Assembly (NCBI GenBank): GCA_963740355.1
Contig: CAVUDW010000003.1
Location: 672,001 to 736,000 of the forward strand
Reading direction: 5' to 3'
DNA from: an uncultured Gemmatimonadaceae bacterium
GTDB lineage: Bacteria > Gemmatimonadota > Gemmatimonadetes > Gemmatimonadales > Gemmatimonadaceae
DNA length: 64,000 bases
Shown here one piece after another: positions 22,321 to 33,072 of the stretch (the first letter of the stretch is position 1; the number at the start of each line of letters is the position of its first letter). The position numbers were made by a program, and so were the translations under genes. Under the pieces are notes generated by a model. It was not told where the DNA came from and searched no databases. It saw only the letters and a list, made by a program, of their open reading frames with translations.

Positions 22321-23061
22321 GCTTTCGGTGACCAGTAGTGAAAGGTGAAGCGAGATGCGACTGGAACAAACCCGGCCTTCCCGACTGCGCGTAGCGCAGC
22401 GCTGTTTGCCAGCTGCGTCTCGTAGACGAGCGAGCCGCCGCCGCCGGATGCGATGTGGGCGACCGCAGAGTGCAGCATCGAGCCGAGGACGCCGGCGCCG
22501 CGGTTCTCTGGTGCCACCGCGGTCAGCGAAACGCTCCAGCAGCTAGCGCAACGCTCGAGCGCGAGGAATCCCACGATTTCACCGGCGCTTGATGTCGCAG
22601 ACCAGGATCGGATGATCACGATCCATCTTCGCGACGAGATCTCCGGCCCACTTCGCATAGAGCAATTCGGATTCGCGAGGAGGCAGGTTCCCATCCATGT
22701 GCCAGTGTCCAACGAAATTGCGAAAGGCATCTTCGGCGATTTCCGCCACAGCCGATGCATCATCAGGTTCGCATTGCCGAACAGGCACACCGGGCACCAT
22801 GTGCGCCGGCACTTGATCCTGCACGACGTCACGTTGGAGGGTCAGCAGGACATCGCACAGCACGCCGCCGGCGCGCTCCATCGCCTGCGCAACTCCGATC
22901 TCTGCTGCGGCAACCCGCGCGATGAGCAGCGCTCCCGGATAAGCCGCAACGTCCTGAATGGAACGCGCCACGTCATCGGCAGCACGCAACGAGACGGCAA
23001 ACACCGCGTGACCGAAATGCGTACTCTCCTGCGGACGCGGAATCAGCTGGGCGTCACTCAC
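22317..23061 (-). CDS. GNAT acetyltransferase (WecD/RffC-like), frameshifted near 22590
   Basis: AF…H.D…LY.KW in one frame continues as IVGF…AVAPENRGAG…TQLAN.AA…KAGF in another. Flanked by wecE and the GT2 gene. Confidence 0.75.
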
Positions 23062-24001
23062 GATACGTCCGCTCGCGGACCACATACAGCGGTCGCCCCT
23101 TCACCTCTTCAAACACCCTGCCGAGGTACAATCCGAGAATTCCCATGAAGGCGAGGATAACGCCGCTGAGGAAGTAGATCGAGACCATCAGGCTGGCCCA
23201 ACCGGTGACCTGAATGCCTCCAAGCAAGGCGCGAACAAAGACCACTGCCCCACCGACCAGTGCACCTGACGCCAGCAGGAATCCAAGTCGAATGGCCAGC
23301 CGCAGGGGCTTGTCCGAGTACGCAACGATGGTCTGGACTGCCAGCTCGAACAGCTTCCGCCACGTGTACGACGTTTCGCCTGCGAAGCGAGCATCGTGCT
23401 GCACCTCGATGGAGCTGACGCGAAAGCCGAGCCAGTTGACGATGCCACCGAAGAACCGCATCTGTTCCGTGAAGTCGCGGAATGAATCAGCAACCTGGCG
23501 CGAAATGATGCGGAAATTGCCGACTGAGCCGTCGTACGGCAGTTCCGTGAAGTAACGAAACGTGGCGTAGAAAGCCGCCGACGTGGTGCGCTTCCACCAC
23601 CCGTCGCGGCGGCGCTGGCGGCGCGCAAGAACGATGTCGTACCCCTCCAGCGCGGCGGCGTAGAGCCGTGCGATCTCCTCGGGCCGGTCCTGCAGATCAC
23701 AGTCCATGACCACGACCCAATCGCCCCGCGCCGCGTCAATACCAGCGGTTATTCCGCGACGTTGCCCAAAATTGCGGGAGAACTGGAGTCCACGCACCCG
23801 CGGATCTCTTCCGGCCAGAGCCTTGATGTGCAGCCACGACTGATCCGGACCACAATCCTCCACCAACACGATTTCAAAGTCGTGCACCAACGGTTCGAGT
23901 ACGGCCACGAGCCGGCCATGAAGTTCTCCCAGGCACTCCTCGCCGCGATAAACCGGGATCACGACAGAAATCACCGGATCGCCGTGCGCGGCTGCCGTCA
24001 T
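23054..24001 (-). CDS. GT2 undecaprenyl-phosphate glycosyltransferase (ArnC/GtrB-like)
   Basis: VIPVY, FSRNFGQ..GI.AG, MDCDLQD.PE, two TM helices and YLGRVFEEVKGRPLY. Confidence 0.92.
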   Translation of the reverse strand: MTAAAHGDPVISVVIPVYRGEECLGELHGRLVAVLEPLVHDFEIVLVEDCGPDQSWLHIKALAGRDPRVRGLQFSRNFGQRRGITAGIDAARGDWVVVMDCDLQDRPEEIARLYAAALEGYDIVLARRQRRRDGWWKRTTSAAFYATFRYFTELPYDGSVGNFRIISRQVADSFRDFTEQMRFFGGIVNWLGFRVSSIEVQHDARFAGETSYTWRKLFELAVQTIVAYSDKPLRLAIRLGFLLASGALVGGAVVFVRALLGGIQVTGWASLMVSIYFLSGVILAFMGILGLYLGRVFEEVKGRPLYVVRERTYRE

Positions 24002-25763
24002 GCGATACCCTGTGAGGGAGGTGAGGGGTCGGCCGAGATGGAACCGGCTGCAGGGCACCGGTACTGCTGACTCGGGGCGGCCGAGGGCGGTGCCGCAACC
24101 AAGCACATATGGTAAGATATGGTCCAGAGCGGTGACAAGCGGGCAAACTGCGTCCTGCCGAAGAACCGTCGTCCGGCCACGTCACTCGCGATTCGTTCCG
24201 CCACCGCTGCACCATCCGATAGACGTGATAGACGCGCCGACGCAACTCGCCGCTACGACAAGGCCTTCCGGCCGACGGGCCGACTTCGAGCGCACCGCCT
24301 TCTGGCTGACCGCGGTACTCGCGGCCTTCGTGCACTGGATTCCGCACTTTCCACCGCAGATCGATCTCGCGCAACACGCAGCGCAAATGCGCTTCCTGCG
24401 TGACTGGAACCAGGCGGAGTTCCCGTATCGCGACATCCTACAGTTGAATTTCTTCACGCCCTACCTTCCGGCATACTTCGTTGGAGCCGCTCTCACATTT
24501 GTGATGCCCGTTGTCGCCGCCGTGAAGACGGTCTGGACCCTCGGCGCACTCGGCACCGTGTTCGCCTCCGTAAGGCTCCGGCGGCTGGTTGGCGGAGAAG
24601 AATGCTGGGACTGGATCCTGATCCCTGGCCTCTTCGGCATCACATTCGTGTGGGGATTTCTCACCTTCCAGTTCACAATTCCGCTCGGCTTGCTCGGTCT
24701 CGAGTGCTGGATCCGCTATCTGCATCACCCAACGCCCGCACGCGGATTCCTTTTCGGAACCGGGTTGGCGGCGCTGTTCTTTTGCCACTCGCTGGTGACC
24801 GCGTGGCTAATGGCCGTCTGCGGACTGATGCTGCTCTCCGACGCCGCGCTGTGGACGGGAAATCGGCGCCGCGCCGTCGCGGTAGGCCTGCCGCTATTGA
24901 TGCCGCTCCCGGTAGCCGCGGCCTGGCTTGCCATGGCGAGCAAGGTGCCGCAGGCGCAGGCCGCGACGGTGTGGGGATCGATCGAATATCGAGTACTCGG
25001 CTTCTTCGCGCAGTCGCTTGGCGTGCCAACCGGCTACATGGCCGCATCAATCATTGGAATACTGCTCTATGCGACGCCTTTCTTGGCGGGTGCCCGAATT
25101 CGGCAGGATCCTGTATTTCGAGCACCGCTCGTCGTGACGCTCGGAATTCTGCTACTGGCCCCCGGGAATCTCATGGGGAATGCCTTTACGTACCATCGCT
25201 TCCACTCACTCCTAGCGCCCACCCTCATCATCGCGCTGTCTGCTCGCGCTCCGAACTCATTCCGACTTGCGCGCGCGCGACTTGCCGCACCAGCAATCGC
25301 AGTGTTCGCCACATTGCTACTGGCGTGGCGAATGCTCGCGTTCGACAGGGAACAACAGGACTTTCGCGATGTCACCGCGGCGATGCTCGATCGACGACAT
25401 ACCCTGTCAGTTATCCTGGATCCGTCGAGCGGGGTACTGCAGCATCCTCAGACGTATCTGCATTTTGGCGCATGGTATCAGGCCGAACGGGGCGGGCTGG
25501 TTGAGTTCAGCTTCGCCTCTTTCCTGCCGATGATCGTGCACTTCCGCACCAGCTACGCTCAAACGATTCCAGAAGCGTTCGCGCTGCGCCCGACGCTGGG
25601 TGTAGTACGGAATCACGGCGAGCAATTCGAATACGTTTTGGTTCGGACGCCGAGCAGCGACCTCTCTCCTCTTGCCGGCATGCCCTTCACTGTCCGCACG
25701 CATCGAGGGCAGTGGTGGCTTTTCTCGAGCGAAAAGGGATTCCGTGAGTTGCCGCGCGATTGA
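24000..25763 (+). CDS. Polytopic membrane protein, putative GT-C glycosyltransferase
   Basis: PPQIDLAQH, FTPY and WGFL.F, about 11 TM segments and a soluble C-terminal domain. The true start is probably near 24226. Confidence 0.55.
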   Translation: MRYPVREVRGRPRWNRLQGTGTADSGRPRAVPQPSTYGKIWSRAVTSGQTASCRRTVVRPRHSRFVPPPLHHPIDVIDAPTQLAATTRPSGRRADFERTAFWLTAVLAAFVHWIPHFPPQIDLAQHAAQMRFLRDWNQAEFPYRDILQLNFFTPYLPAYFVGAALTFVMPVVAAVKTVWTLGALGTVFASVRLRRLVGGEECWDWILIPGLFGITFVWGFLTFQFTIPLGLLGLECWIRYLHHPTPARGFLFGTGLAALFFCHSLVTAWLMAVCGLMLLSDAALWTGNRRRAVAVGLPLLMPLPVAAAWLAMASKVPQAQAATVWGSIEYRVLGFFAQSLGVPTGYMAASIIGILLYATPFLAGARIRQDPVFRAPLVVTLGILLLAPGNLMGNAFTYHRFHSLLAPTLIIALSARAPNSFRLARARLAAPAIAVFATLLLAWRMLAFDREQQDFRDVTAAMLDRRHTLSVILDPSSGVLQHPQTYLHFGAWYQAERGGLVEFSFASFLPMIVHFRTSYAQTIPEAFALRPTLGVVRNHGEQFEYVLVRTPSSDLSPLAGMPFTVRTHRGQWWLFSSEKGFRELPRD

Positions 25764-25879
25764 GAGCAGCGCCTGAACTCGCCTGTTGTCAACGAATGGC
25801 GCAGCATCCGCGTTGCCTGCTTCGGCACACCGGACTGTGCCGGTTGCGGCCCGCCCTCCCCGTTCGCACCTTGCGTCAC

Positions 25880-27619
25880 ATGCGATCCCGACTCGTTTTC
25901 CTGGCAGTGCTGCCGCTGTGGCTTGCACCACGGGCCTCCGCGCAACCCGCCGCGCCCCCCACCTTCGCGCAGTTCGTCGATCGCTACCTCGACGACTTCG
26001 CCCGCCGCCACCCCTCCATCGCCGGCGGCAACGGCCTCCACCAGCACGACGACCTGCTGGACGACTACACCGCGGCCGGCATCAAGCGCGAAATCGTGGC
26101 GCTCAAGCGCGACCGACGCCAGTTGGCCTCGTTCACGGCAGCGCAGCTCACGCCCGACGAACGCGTCGACCAGAAGATCCTCGATGGCATCATCGACGGC
26201 TGGCTGCTGGAGCAGGAGACGCTGCAGAACTGGCGCCGCAATCCGATGCTCTACGCCTCGGCGCTCTCCGACGGCGTGAGCAACCTGATGACGATGGAGA
26301 ACGCGCCGGCGCCAGTGCGGATGCGCCGCATCATCAGCAAGCTCGCGGGTGTACCGCAGCTGCTGGCGGCCGCACGGGCCAACATCACCAATCCGCCAAC
26401 ACTGTTTGCGGAACGTGGGGTGGGATTCCTCCGCGGCGCCGTGCAGATGCTGGATCACGATGTACCGCTGGCCTTCGCATCGCAGAAAGGCACGCCGCTG
26501 ATGGACTCGCTGATGCGCGCTGCCGCTGCCGCCAAGCCGCAGATCAGCGCCTACGCCGACTACCTGCAGAACGAAGTGCTGCCGAAGGCCACCGGCGACT
26601 ATCGCATCGGCGCGGTGAACGTCGCCCGGCGCTACAAGGCCGAAGAGCTGATCGACCAGCCGCTGCAGTCACTGATCGACATCGGTGAACGCGAGCTGAC
26701 CATCTACCAGACGCAGTTCCGCGCGGCCGCCGCCAGGCTGGCACCGGGACGCGATCCGCTCGACGTCTGGCGCGAGGTGCGACATGATCACCCGAAGCGC
26801 GGTGATGTGGTGTCGGCGACGCAGAAGCTGGTGGACTCGCTCACGGCTTTCATCATCCAGCGCGGCCTGGCCGACGTGCCGGCCGGCGAACGGGTGGTCG
26901 TTGCACCAGCCAAGCCGTTCGACCTCGGCTTCGCCTCGATGCATGCCTCGCCGCCGCTCGAAAACCCACCGGTGAAGAGCTTCTACTACATCACCGATGC
27001 CAGCGCCGACATGCCCGTGGCCGAACAGGAGGCATGGCTGGAGCGGTACAACTACGCCTCGTTGATCAACACCTCGGCGCATGAAGCGATGCCGGGACAC
27101 TGGCTGCACTCGACCTACATGCGCAAGACGCCGGGCAAGGTGCGCCGCATCTGGATCGGCCTCAATCCCTTCCCGCAGCCATCGTCGGGACAGGATGGGT
27201 GGGCGCACTACAGCGAACAGCTGATGGTCGAGGAGAAGTTCGGCGGCGGTGATCCACGCATCGAGCTGGCGCAGTTGAGCGATGCCCTGACGCGTGTCTG
27301 CCGCCTCCTCTCGGGGATTCGCGTGCACTCCGGCGAATGGACACTCGCGCAGGCACAGGCGTGCTTCGAGCAGCGGGCGTACGTTCCCACGTCGGCCGCC
27401 AAGCGCGAAGCCGAACGGAGCACCTACGATCCGACGTATGGCGGCTACTTTCTGGGCAAGCGCGGCATCCTCACCCTTCGTCGCGATGTCGCGGCAAAAC
27501 TCGGCACGCAGTTCAACCTGCGGGCCTTCCACGAGCGTCTCATGACCAACGGTATCGCGCCCATCTGGGCCCATCGCCAGATCTTCCTGCCCGGCGACAC
27601 CGCCCCGGTGATCCAGTAA
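25880..27619 (+). CDS. DUF885 family protein, secreted
   Basis: Signal peptide, HEAMPGH, DGWAHYSE, Y.LGK and FNLRAFHE. Confidence 0.85.
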   Translation: MRSRLVFLAVLPLWLAPRASAQPAAPPTFAQFVDRYLDDFARRHPSIAGGNGLHQHDDLLDDYTAAGIKREIVALKRDRRQLASFTAAQLTPDERVDQKILDGIIDGWLLEQETLQNWRRNPMLYASALSDGVSNLMTMENAPAPVRMRRIISKLAGVPQLLAAARANITNPPTLFAERGVGFLRGAVQMLDHDVPLAFASQKGTPLMDSLMRAAAAAKPQISAYADYLQNEVLPKATGDYRIGAVNVARRYKAEELIDQPLQSLIDIGERELTIYQTQFRAAAARLAPGRDPLDVWREVRHDHPKRGDVVSATQKLVDSLTAFIIQRGLADVPAGERVVVAPAKPFDLGFASMHASPPLENPPVKSFYYITDASADMPVAEQEAWLERYNYASLINTSAHEAMPGHWLHSTYMRKTPGKVRRIWIGLNPFPQPSSGQDGWAHYSEQLMVEEKFGGGDPRIELAQLSDALTRVCRLLSGIRVHSGEWTLAQAQACFEQRAYVPTSAAKREAERSTYDPTYGGYFLGKRGILTLRRDVAAKLGTQFNLRAFHERLMTNGIAPIWAHRQIFLPGDTAPVIQ

Positions 27620-28755
27620 TGCCGCGCACGGAGAAGGTGCGCGTCGGCGTCCTCGGTGCCGGCGCCTGGGCGAAGTTCGCCCACATCCCGGGCTACAAGC
27701 GCGATCCACGCTGCGAGCTGGTCGCGATTGCGGACCCGGTGATCGAGCGGGCGCAGGAGTTCGCCGCCGAATTCGGCATCCCGAACGTCTACGGGTCGCA
27801 CGCGGAGCTGATCGCGCGGGAGGACATCGACCTGGTGGACGTGTGCACGCCGAGCGCGACACACTTCGAGTTGAGCTGGGCGGCGCTGGAGGCGGGCAAG
27901 CATGTGCTCTGCGAGAAGCCGGTTGCCTACGACTACACCGAAACGCTCCGCGCCGCCGCGTTCGCGAAGTCAAAGGGGTTGAAGACGAAGCTCGGCTTCA
28001 CCTTCCGTTACGCGCCGTCGATGCGCTACATGAAGGAGCTGATCGACCAGGGATTCATCGGCACGCCGTTCATCTTCAACGGCTTCGAGCAGAACTCGCA
28101 GTGGCTCGATCCGCAGAATCCCCTCCGTCAGGTCGACGTCGACGCGGACCAGTCGGTGATCCAGGTGTCGTCGCTGGAAGGGTATGGCGCACCGATCATG
28201 GACATCGGCCACCTGTTCATGGGCAGCCGCTTCGAGCAGGTCGTCGGCACGATGAAGAACTTCATCCCCGAGCGCATGGTGCGTCAGACCGGGACGATGA
28301 TGCGCATGAACATCGATGATGGCGACATCTTCATCGGCGAATTCGCAAACGGTGCCATCGGCTCGATCCAGACCAGCTTCGTGACCGTCGGCAACTACCC
28401 CGGCATCGAGGCGCGCGTCTACGGCAGCAAGGGTGCGCTGATCTGCCGGCTGGTGGAAGAGAATGGCATCTGCGAAACGCTCAAGGCGGCGACGGGTGAC
28501 CAGGTGGAGTTTCGCGAGCTCGACATTCCGGAGCGCTTCTACCCGCCGGGTGGCAATCGCGAGGAGTCGTGGCGGTCGCTGTTCTATGCGAACCTCGTCA
28601 GCTCGTTCATTTCCGAGATCATCAGTGATGGTCCGGAAAACGAAGGCAGCTTCGTCGACGGTGCGCACGTGCAGGAACTGATCAACGCGGTCGAGCTCTC
28701 CTTCCGCCAGCGGAAGTGGATCTCCATTCCGCTGGCCCCTGGAGCGATCTCCTGA
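27619..28755 (+). CDS. Gfo/Idh/MocA family oxidoreductase
   Basis: VGVLGAG, DLVDVCTP..TH and GKHVLCEKP. TAATG coupling with the upstream gene. Confidence 0.9.
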   Translation: MPRTEKVRVGVLGAGAWAKFAHIPGYKRDPRCELVAIADPVIERAQEFAAEFGIPNVYGSHAELIAREDIDLVDVCTPSATHFELSWAALEAGKHVLCEKPVAYDYTETLRAAAFAKSKGLKTKLGFTFRYAPSMRYMKELIDQGFIGTPFIFNGFEQNSQWLDPQNPLRQVDVDADQSVIQVSSLEGYGAPIMDIGHLFMGSRFEQVVGTMKNFIPERMVRQTGTMMRMNIDDGDIFIGEFANGAIGSIQTSFVTVGNYPGIEARVYGSKGALICRLVEENGICETLKAATGDQVEFRELDIPERFYPPGGNREESWRSLFYANLVSSFISEIISDGPENEGSFVDGAHVQELINAVELSFRQRKWISIPLAPGAIS

Positions 28756-30440
28756 GCAAGGCATTCGAGCAGTTCCTGGCCCAGTACTACTCGCGGAACC
28801 CAGTGAACAGCACGTTCACCGGGTTGCACTCGCTCGACGATCGGCTGCCCGATTGGTCGGTGACGGGCCGTGCGATCGAGGCGGCCGAGATGCGCCGGAT
28901 TCGCAAGGCGCTCGATGACACGGCCAACCCATCGCTGTCCTCGCTGCGATCGAGCACGGTCGCGCTCGACGATGAGTTGGCGCGCGCGAACCTCGACGTG
29001 CGACTGGCCGAACACGACAGTCGCTTCTTTCACGCCCGCAATCCGGCGCTCTGGACTGGCGAAGCGATCTTCAGCGTGGTCGGCCTGATGATTCGCAATT
29101 TTGCACCGGTCGAGGAACGCCTGCGCTCCATCACGGCGCGACTGAACGCGATTCCGAAGTTCCTCGCCGCGATGCCCGCCGCGATCGCCGGACCGGTACC
29201 GACCCAGTGGGTCGCAAAGGCCGCGCGCGAGTGTGCCGCAGCGGAAGCACTGTTCGACACGGGCATGCAGGCCTGGCTGGACGAAAACGCCGTCGATGCG
29301 GAGCGTGCGGACGTTGTTCACGAGGCCGCCGAGCGTGCCCGTGCGGCCTTCGTGGTTGCTGCAGCGTCGCTCGCCGCGCTGCCGTCGTCCGACACCGGCT
29401 ACTCGGTGGGCGAAGAGGTCTACACCACGCTGCTGCAGCGCGGGCACTTCTGCCTCGAGACACCGCAGGCGCTGCTGACCCGGGCGCTGACCGAGATGCC
29501 GCTGGAGCAGCAGCGGCTCGACGCCATGGCGACCGAGCTTGCAGGATCGTGGGAGGGTGTGCAATCCGCCTTGGCCGCCGATCACCCGCCCGTGACCGAG
29601 TACTACGCCAGCTTCAAGCGCCGTTGGGACGACTGTCGCCGCATCGTCCGCGAACACGATGCGGTGACGTGGGGTGACTGGCCGATCCGCTACGTGCCGA
29701 TTCCGGCCTGGGCACAGCCGTTCGCGCCGCAGCTCTACTGGCTCTTCTATCGCTCACCGGCACCGTTCGATCCGTACGACGAGTACGAGTACGTCGTGAC
29801 GCCGATCGATGCATCGATGCCGGAAGAGGAGCAGGAGAAGAAGCTTCGCGCGTGGAACAACAGCACCATCACGCTCAACCATGTCGTGCATCATGGCGCC
29901 GTCGGGCACCATGTGCAGAACTGGCACGCGCGATACCGGGCGAAGTCGCGGATCGGCCGTATTGCGGCTGCCGACTGCGCCAGCCGCATCGCGATGTTCC
30001 TTGGCGGATCGATGGCGGAAGGCTGGGCCTGTTATGCAACGCAGCTGATGGAAGAGCTGGGGATGCTGACGCCGCTGGAGGTCGTCTCGGAGCAGCACAC
30101 GCGTGTGCGCATGCTGGCCCGCGCGATCGTCGACATCCGGCTGCACCTCGGTCTCTGTTCGTTCAGCGAGGCGGTGCAGTACTATCAGGAGAAGGTCGGC
30201 ATGTCGGTGGAGGTCGCGACGGCCGAGACGACGAAGAATTCGATGTTCCCGTGCACGGCGATCATGTACTGGCTCGGGACCAGCCGGATTCTCGCGTTGC
30301 GCGATGAGATCAAGGCTGCACGCGGCGAGGGGTTCGTGCTGCGCGAGTTCCACGACGAGTTGCTCAGCCGCGGCGCGATTCCAGTGCCGCTGGTCGCCCG
30401 ATTGATGGCCACAGCCCAGACGACGGAGTCCGACGCGTGA
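28716..30440 (+). CDS. DUF885 family protein, cytoplasmic and atypical
   Basis: G.H..D.RLPD, HHGAVGHHVQ, EGWACYA, AIVDI.LH and F.LREFHD. A CTG start at 28752 is possible (GGAG upstream, CTGA overlap). Confidence 0.82.
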   Translation: MDLHSAGPWSDLLSKAFEQFLAQYYSRNPVNSTFTGLHSLDDRLPDWSVTGRAIEAAEMRRIRKALDDTANPSLSSLRSSTVALDDELARANLDVRLAEHDSRFFHARNPALWTGEAIFSVVGLMIRNFAPVEERLRSITARLNAIPKFLAAMPAAIAGPVPTQWVAKAARECAAAEALFDTGMQAWLDENAVDAERADVVHEAAERARAAFVVAAASLAALPSSDTGYSVGEEVYTTLLQRGHFCLETPQALLTRALTEMPLEQQRLDAMATELAGSWEGVQSALAADHPPVTEYYASFKRRWDDCRRIVREHDAVTWGDWPIRYVPIPAWAQPFAPQLYWLFYRSPAPFDPYDEYEYVVTPIDASMPEEEQEKKLRAWNNSTITLNHVVHHGAVGHHVQNWHARYRAKSRIGRIAAADCASRIAMFLGGSMAEGWACYATQLMEELGMLTPLEVVSEQHTRVRMLARAIVDIRLHLGLCSFSEAVQYYQEKVGMSVEVATAETTKNSMFPCTAIMYWLGTSRILALRDEIKAARGEGFVLREFHDELLSRGAIPVPLVARLMATAQTTESDA

Positions 30441-32047
30441 AGCGGTTGCTGATCGTTGGTACCCTGCCCTGCCTGCTCGTGTTGGCAGCCTGCGGGAAGG
30501 ACACGAAGGCGAAGAAGGCCGCCGCGCCGACCGATCTGCTCACGATCGGCTACGACCGCGAGCCCGATACCATGAACCGGTACGCGACGCACATTCTCGA
30601 GGACATCGAATCGTGCGTGGTGGAGGGCCTGGTCACCAACGATGAAAAGATGAACATCGTGCCGGTGCTGGCGCTCGAGGTGCCGACGATCGAGAATGGC
30701 GGCGTGAAGCTCCTGCCGAGTGGCGGCATGGATGTGACCTGGAAGCTGCGGCCGGGCGTGAAGTGGCACGACGGCCGTTCCCACACGTCGGCCGACGTGA
30801 AGTTCACCGTCGATGCGATCAACAAGGGCGACTGGAAGCCGGAGAGCGTCGATGGATTCGATCGCATCTCGTCGGTGGATACGCCGGATTCGCTGACGGC
30901 AGTGGTGCACTACCGCGAAGTCTACGCGCCATACCGGATGCAGTTCGCACGCGGCACGCTGCCGAAGCACGTGCTGGACGGCAAGAGCATCGACGCCGCC
31001 ACCAGCTACAACCGCAATCCGCTCGGCACGGGCCCGTATCACATCGTGGAGTGGAAGACCGGCGAGTACGTGCTGCTCGAAGCGGTGCCGAACTACTGGC
31101 GCGGCGCGGAGTTTCCGAAGATCAAGCGGCTGCTGTTCAAGTTCCTGCCCAACACCACCACACGCATCAACCAGCTGAAGTCGGGTGAAGTGCAGATGGT
31201 AGCGCTGGTGCCGTGGGACAAGGTGCGCGAACTGCGGGGCATGGCCCAGATCCACCTCAACACGGTGGTGGGCAACGGCTACGAGCACGTGTCGCTGAAC
31301 GAGAAGCACTTCGCGCCATTCGCCGACGTGACCGTGCGCCGCGCGATGGCGCATGCGATCAACCGTGAGCTGATCGTGACCACGCTGCTGGACGGACTGG
31401 TGCAGGTGGTGAACGGGCCGATCCAGCCGTTGTCGAGTGCGTATGAGCCGAACGTGGCGAAGTATCCGTACGATCCGGCCCGTGCCCGCACCATGCTGGA
31501 CTCGATCGGCTGGAAGGTCGGCGCGGACGGCATCCGCGTGAAGGATGGCAAGCGCCTCTCCTTCACCATGATCACGCAGTCGGGCTTTGCCATCCGTGAG
31601 AACGTCTCGCAGGCGCTGCAGAAGCAATTCCGTGATGTGGGCATCGAGGCGAGTGTGCGACTGATCGATGGCACGTCGATCAGCAGCGTCTGGTTCAAGG
31701 GTGACTTCGACGCCATGCTGCACTGGTGGCAGTCGGGCGTCGATCCGGAGATCACGCTTTTCTTCGCCTCGGATCGCATGCCGCCGGCGGGGCGGAACGT
31801 GAACTACTTCAAGGACGATTCGCTCGACGTCATGCTCTACGCGTCCGATCGCGAAGCCGATGAAGCGAAGCGGACCGCGCTGCTGAAGGCGGCCCAACGT
31901 CGCGTGGCCTCACTGGTGCCGGAGCTGGTGCTCTACAACACCTCGAAGGTGGATGCGATTCCGGCCAACATGACGGGCTTCACCGGCAACCCGACCAATG
32001 CTGGACCGTTCTGGAACGTGTACCAGTGGCAGCTGACGGCGCCGTGA
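30437..32047 (+). CDS. Peptide/nickel ABC transporter substrate-binding lipoprotein (SBP family 5)
   Basis: LAAC lipobox, LRPGVKWHDG…DVKFT, GTGPY and VRRAM..AINR. Confidence 0.93.
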   Translation: MKRLLIVGTLPCLLVLAACGKDTKAKKAAAPTDLLTIGYDREPDTMNRYATHILEDIESCVVEGLVTNDEKMNIVPVLALEVPTIENGGVKLLPSGGMDVTWKLRPGVKWHDGRSHTSADVKFTVDAINKGDWKPESVDGFDRISSVDTPDSLTAVVHYREVYAPYRMQFARGTLPKHVLDGKSIDAATSYNRNPLGTGPYHIVEWKTGEYVLLEAVPNYWRGAEFPKIKRLLFKFLPNTTTRINQLKSGEVQMVALVPWDKVRELRGMAQIHLNTVVGNGYEHVSLNEKHFAPFADVTVRRAMAHAINRELIVTTLLDGLVQVVNGPIQPLSSAYEPNVAKYPYDPARARTMLDSIGWKVGADGIRVKDGKRLSFTMITQSGFAIRENVSQALQKQFRDVGIEASVRLIDGTSISSVWFKGDFDAMLHWWQSGVDPEITLFFASDRMPPAGRNVNYFKDDSLDVMLYASDREADEAKRTALLKAAQRRVASLVPELVLYNTSKVDAIPANMTGFTGNPTNAGPFWNVYQWQLTAP

Positions 32048-32124
32048 TCTCGGTCGCTTCGTGACGCTCGTACCATGGCGACGCCCTGTGCTCCGTCGAG
32101 GGCCACGTTGACGGCACGCCGTAA

Positions 32125-33072
32125 GTGATCCGCTTCATCGTGCGTCGGTTCGCGCAGAGCGTGCCGCTGCTGTTGGTGATCTCGCTGCTCGTCTTTGCGC
32201 TGATCCACGCCGCGCCGGGTGGGCCGCTGTCGACGTACCTCGAGAACCCGAACGTCCGGCCTGAGGACATCGAACGCCTGCGCAAGGCGATGGGCCTCGA
32301 TCGTCCACTGGGCGTGCAGTACCTCTCCTGGCTGTGGGCGTTCGTGCGCGGTGACTGGGGCTTCAGCTACGCCGATGGTCGCCCGGTGCTGGATCGATTG
32401 CTGGAGCGCATCCCGGCCACGCTCGAGCTGGTGGGTGTGGCGTGTGTGATGGCGCTGATTGCGGCCGTGCCCGCGGGCATCTTCGCCGCGATCAATCGTC
32501 GCTTCGACCGCTTCACGAATCTCTTCGCCGTCGCCGGTATTTCCCTGCCGGTGTTCTGGTTTGGCCTGCTGCTGCAGTTGGTGTTCGCCGGCGCGCTGGG
32601 GTGGCTGCCGTCGTCGGGGCGCCAGTCGTTCGACGGCGGAGATTTCGCCGACCGCGTGGTGCACCTGATCCTGCCGGCCACTGTGCTGGCAGCGGCGATG
32701 TCGGCCGCCTGGTCGCGATACCTGCGTCGTGCGATGCGCGACACCGTGGCGCGGCCCTTCATGCGCGCCGCACGCTCACGCGGGCTGAGTGAGCGCACGC
32801 TCCTGCTGCATCACGCGCTGCCGAATGCACTACCGACGTTCGTCACGGTTGTGCTGCTCGACATCTCGATGATGGCCTCAGGGGCCGTGGTGACGGAGAG
32901 CATCTTCGCCTGGCCGGGCATCGGCAGTCTCTTCACGGAAGCACTGGGCAAGCGCGACTACGCGGTGTTGATGGCATTCCTGATGTGCGGCTCGGTGGCG
33001 GTGATGGTGCTCAACCTGGTGGCCGACCTCGCCGTGCATGCGCTCGATCCTCGCACGCGGGACGCGGCATGA
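32125..33072 (+). CDS. Peptide ABC transporter permease (DppB-like)
   Basis: APGGP, GLDRPL..QY..W, ARSRGL and TESIFAWPGIG. Confidence 0.93.
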   Translation: MIRFIVRRFAQSVPLLLVISLLVFALIHAAPGGPLSTYLENPNVRPEDIERLRKAMGLDRPLGVQYLSWLWAFVRGDWGFSYADGRPVLDRLLERIPATLELVGVACVMALIAAVPAGIFAAINRRFDRFTNLFAVAGISLPVFWFGLLLQLVFAGALGWLPSSGRQSFDGGDFADRVVHLILPATVLAAAMSAAWSRYLRRAMRDTVARPFMRAARSRGLSERTLLLHHALPNALPTFVTVVLLDISMMASGAVVTESIFAWPGIGSLFTEALGKRDYAVLMAFLMCGSVAVMVLNLVADLAVHALDPRTRDAA

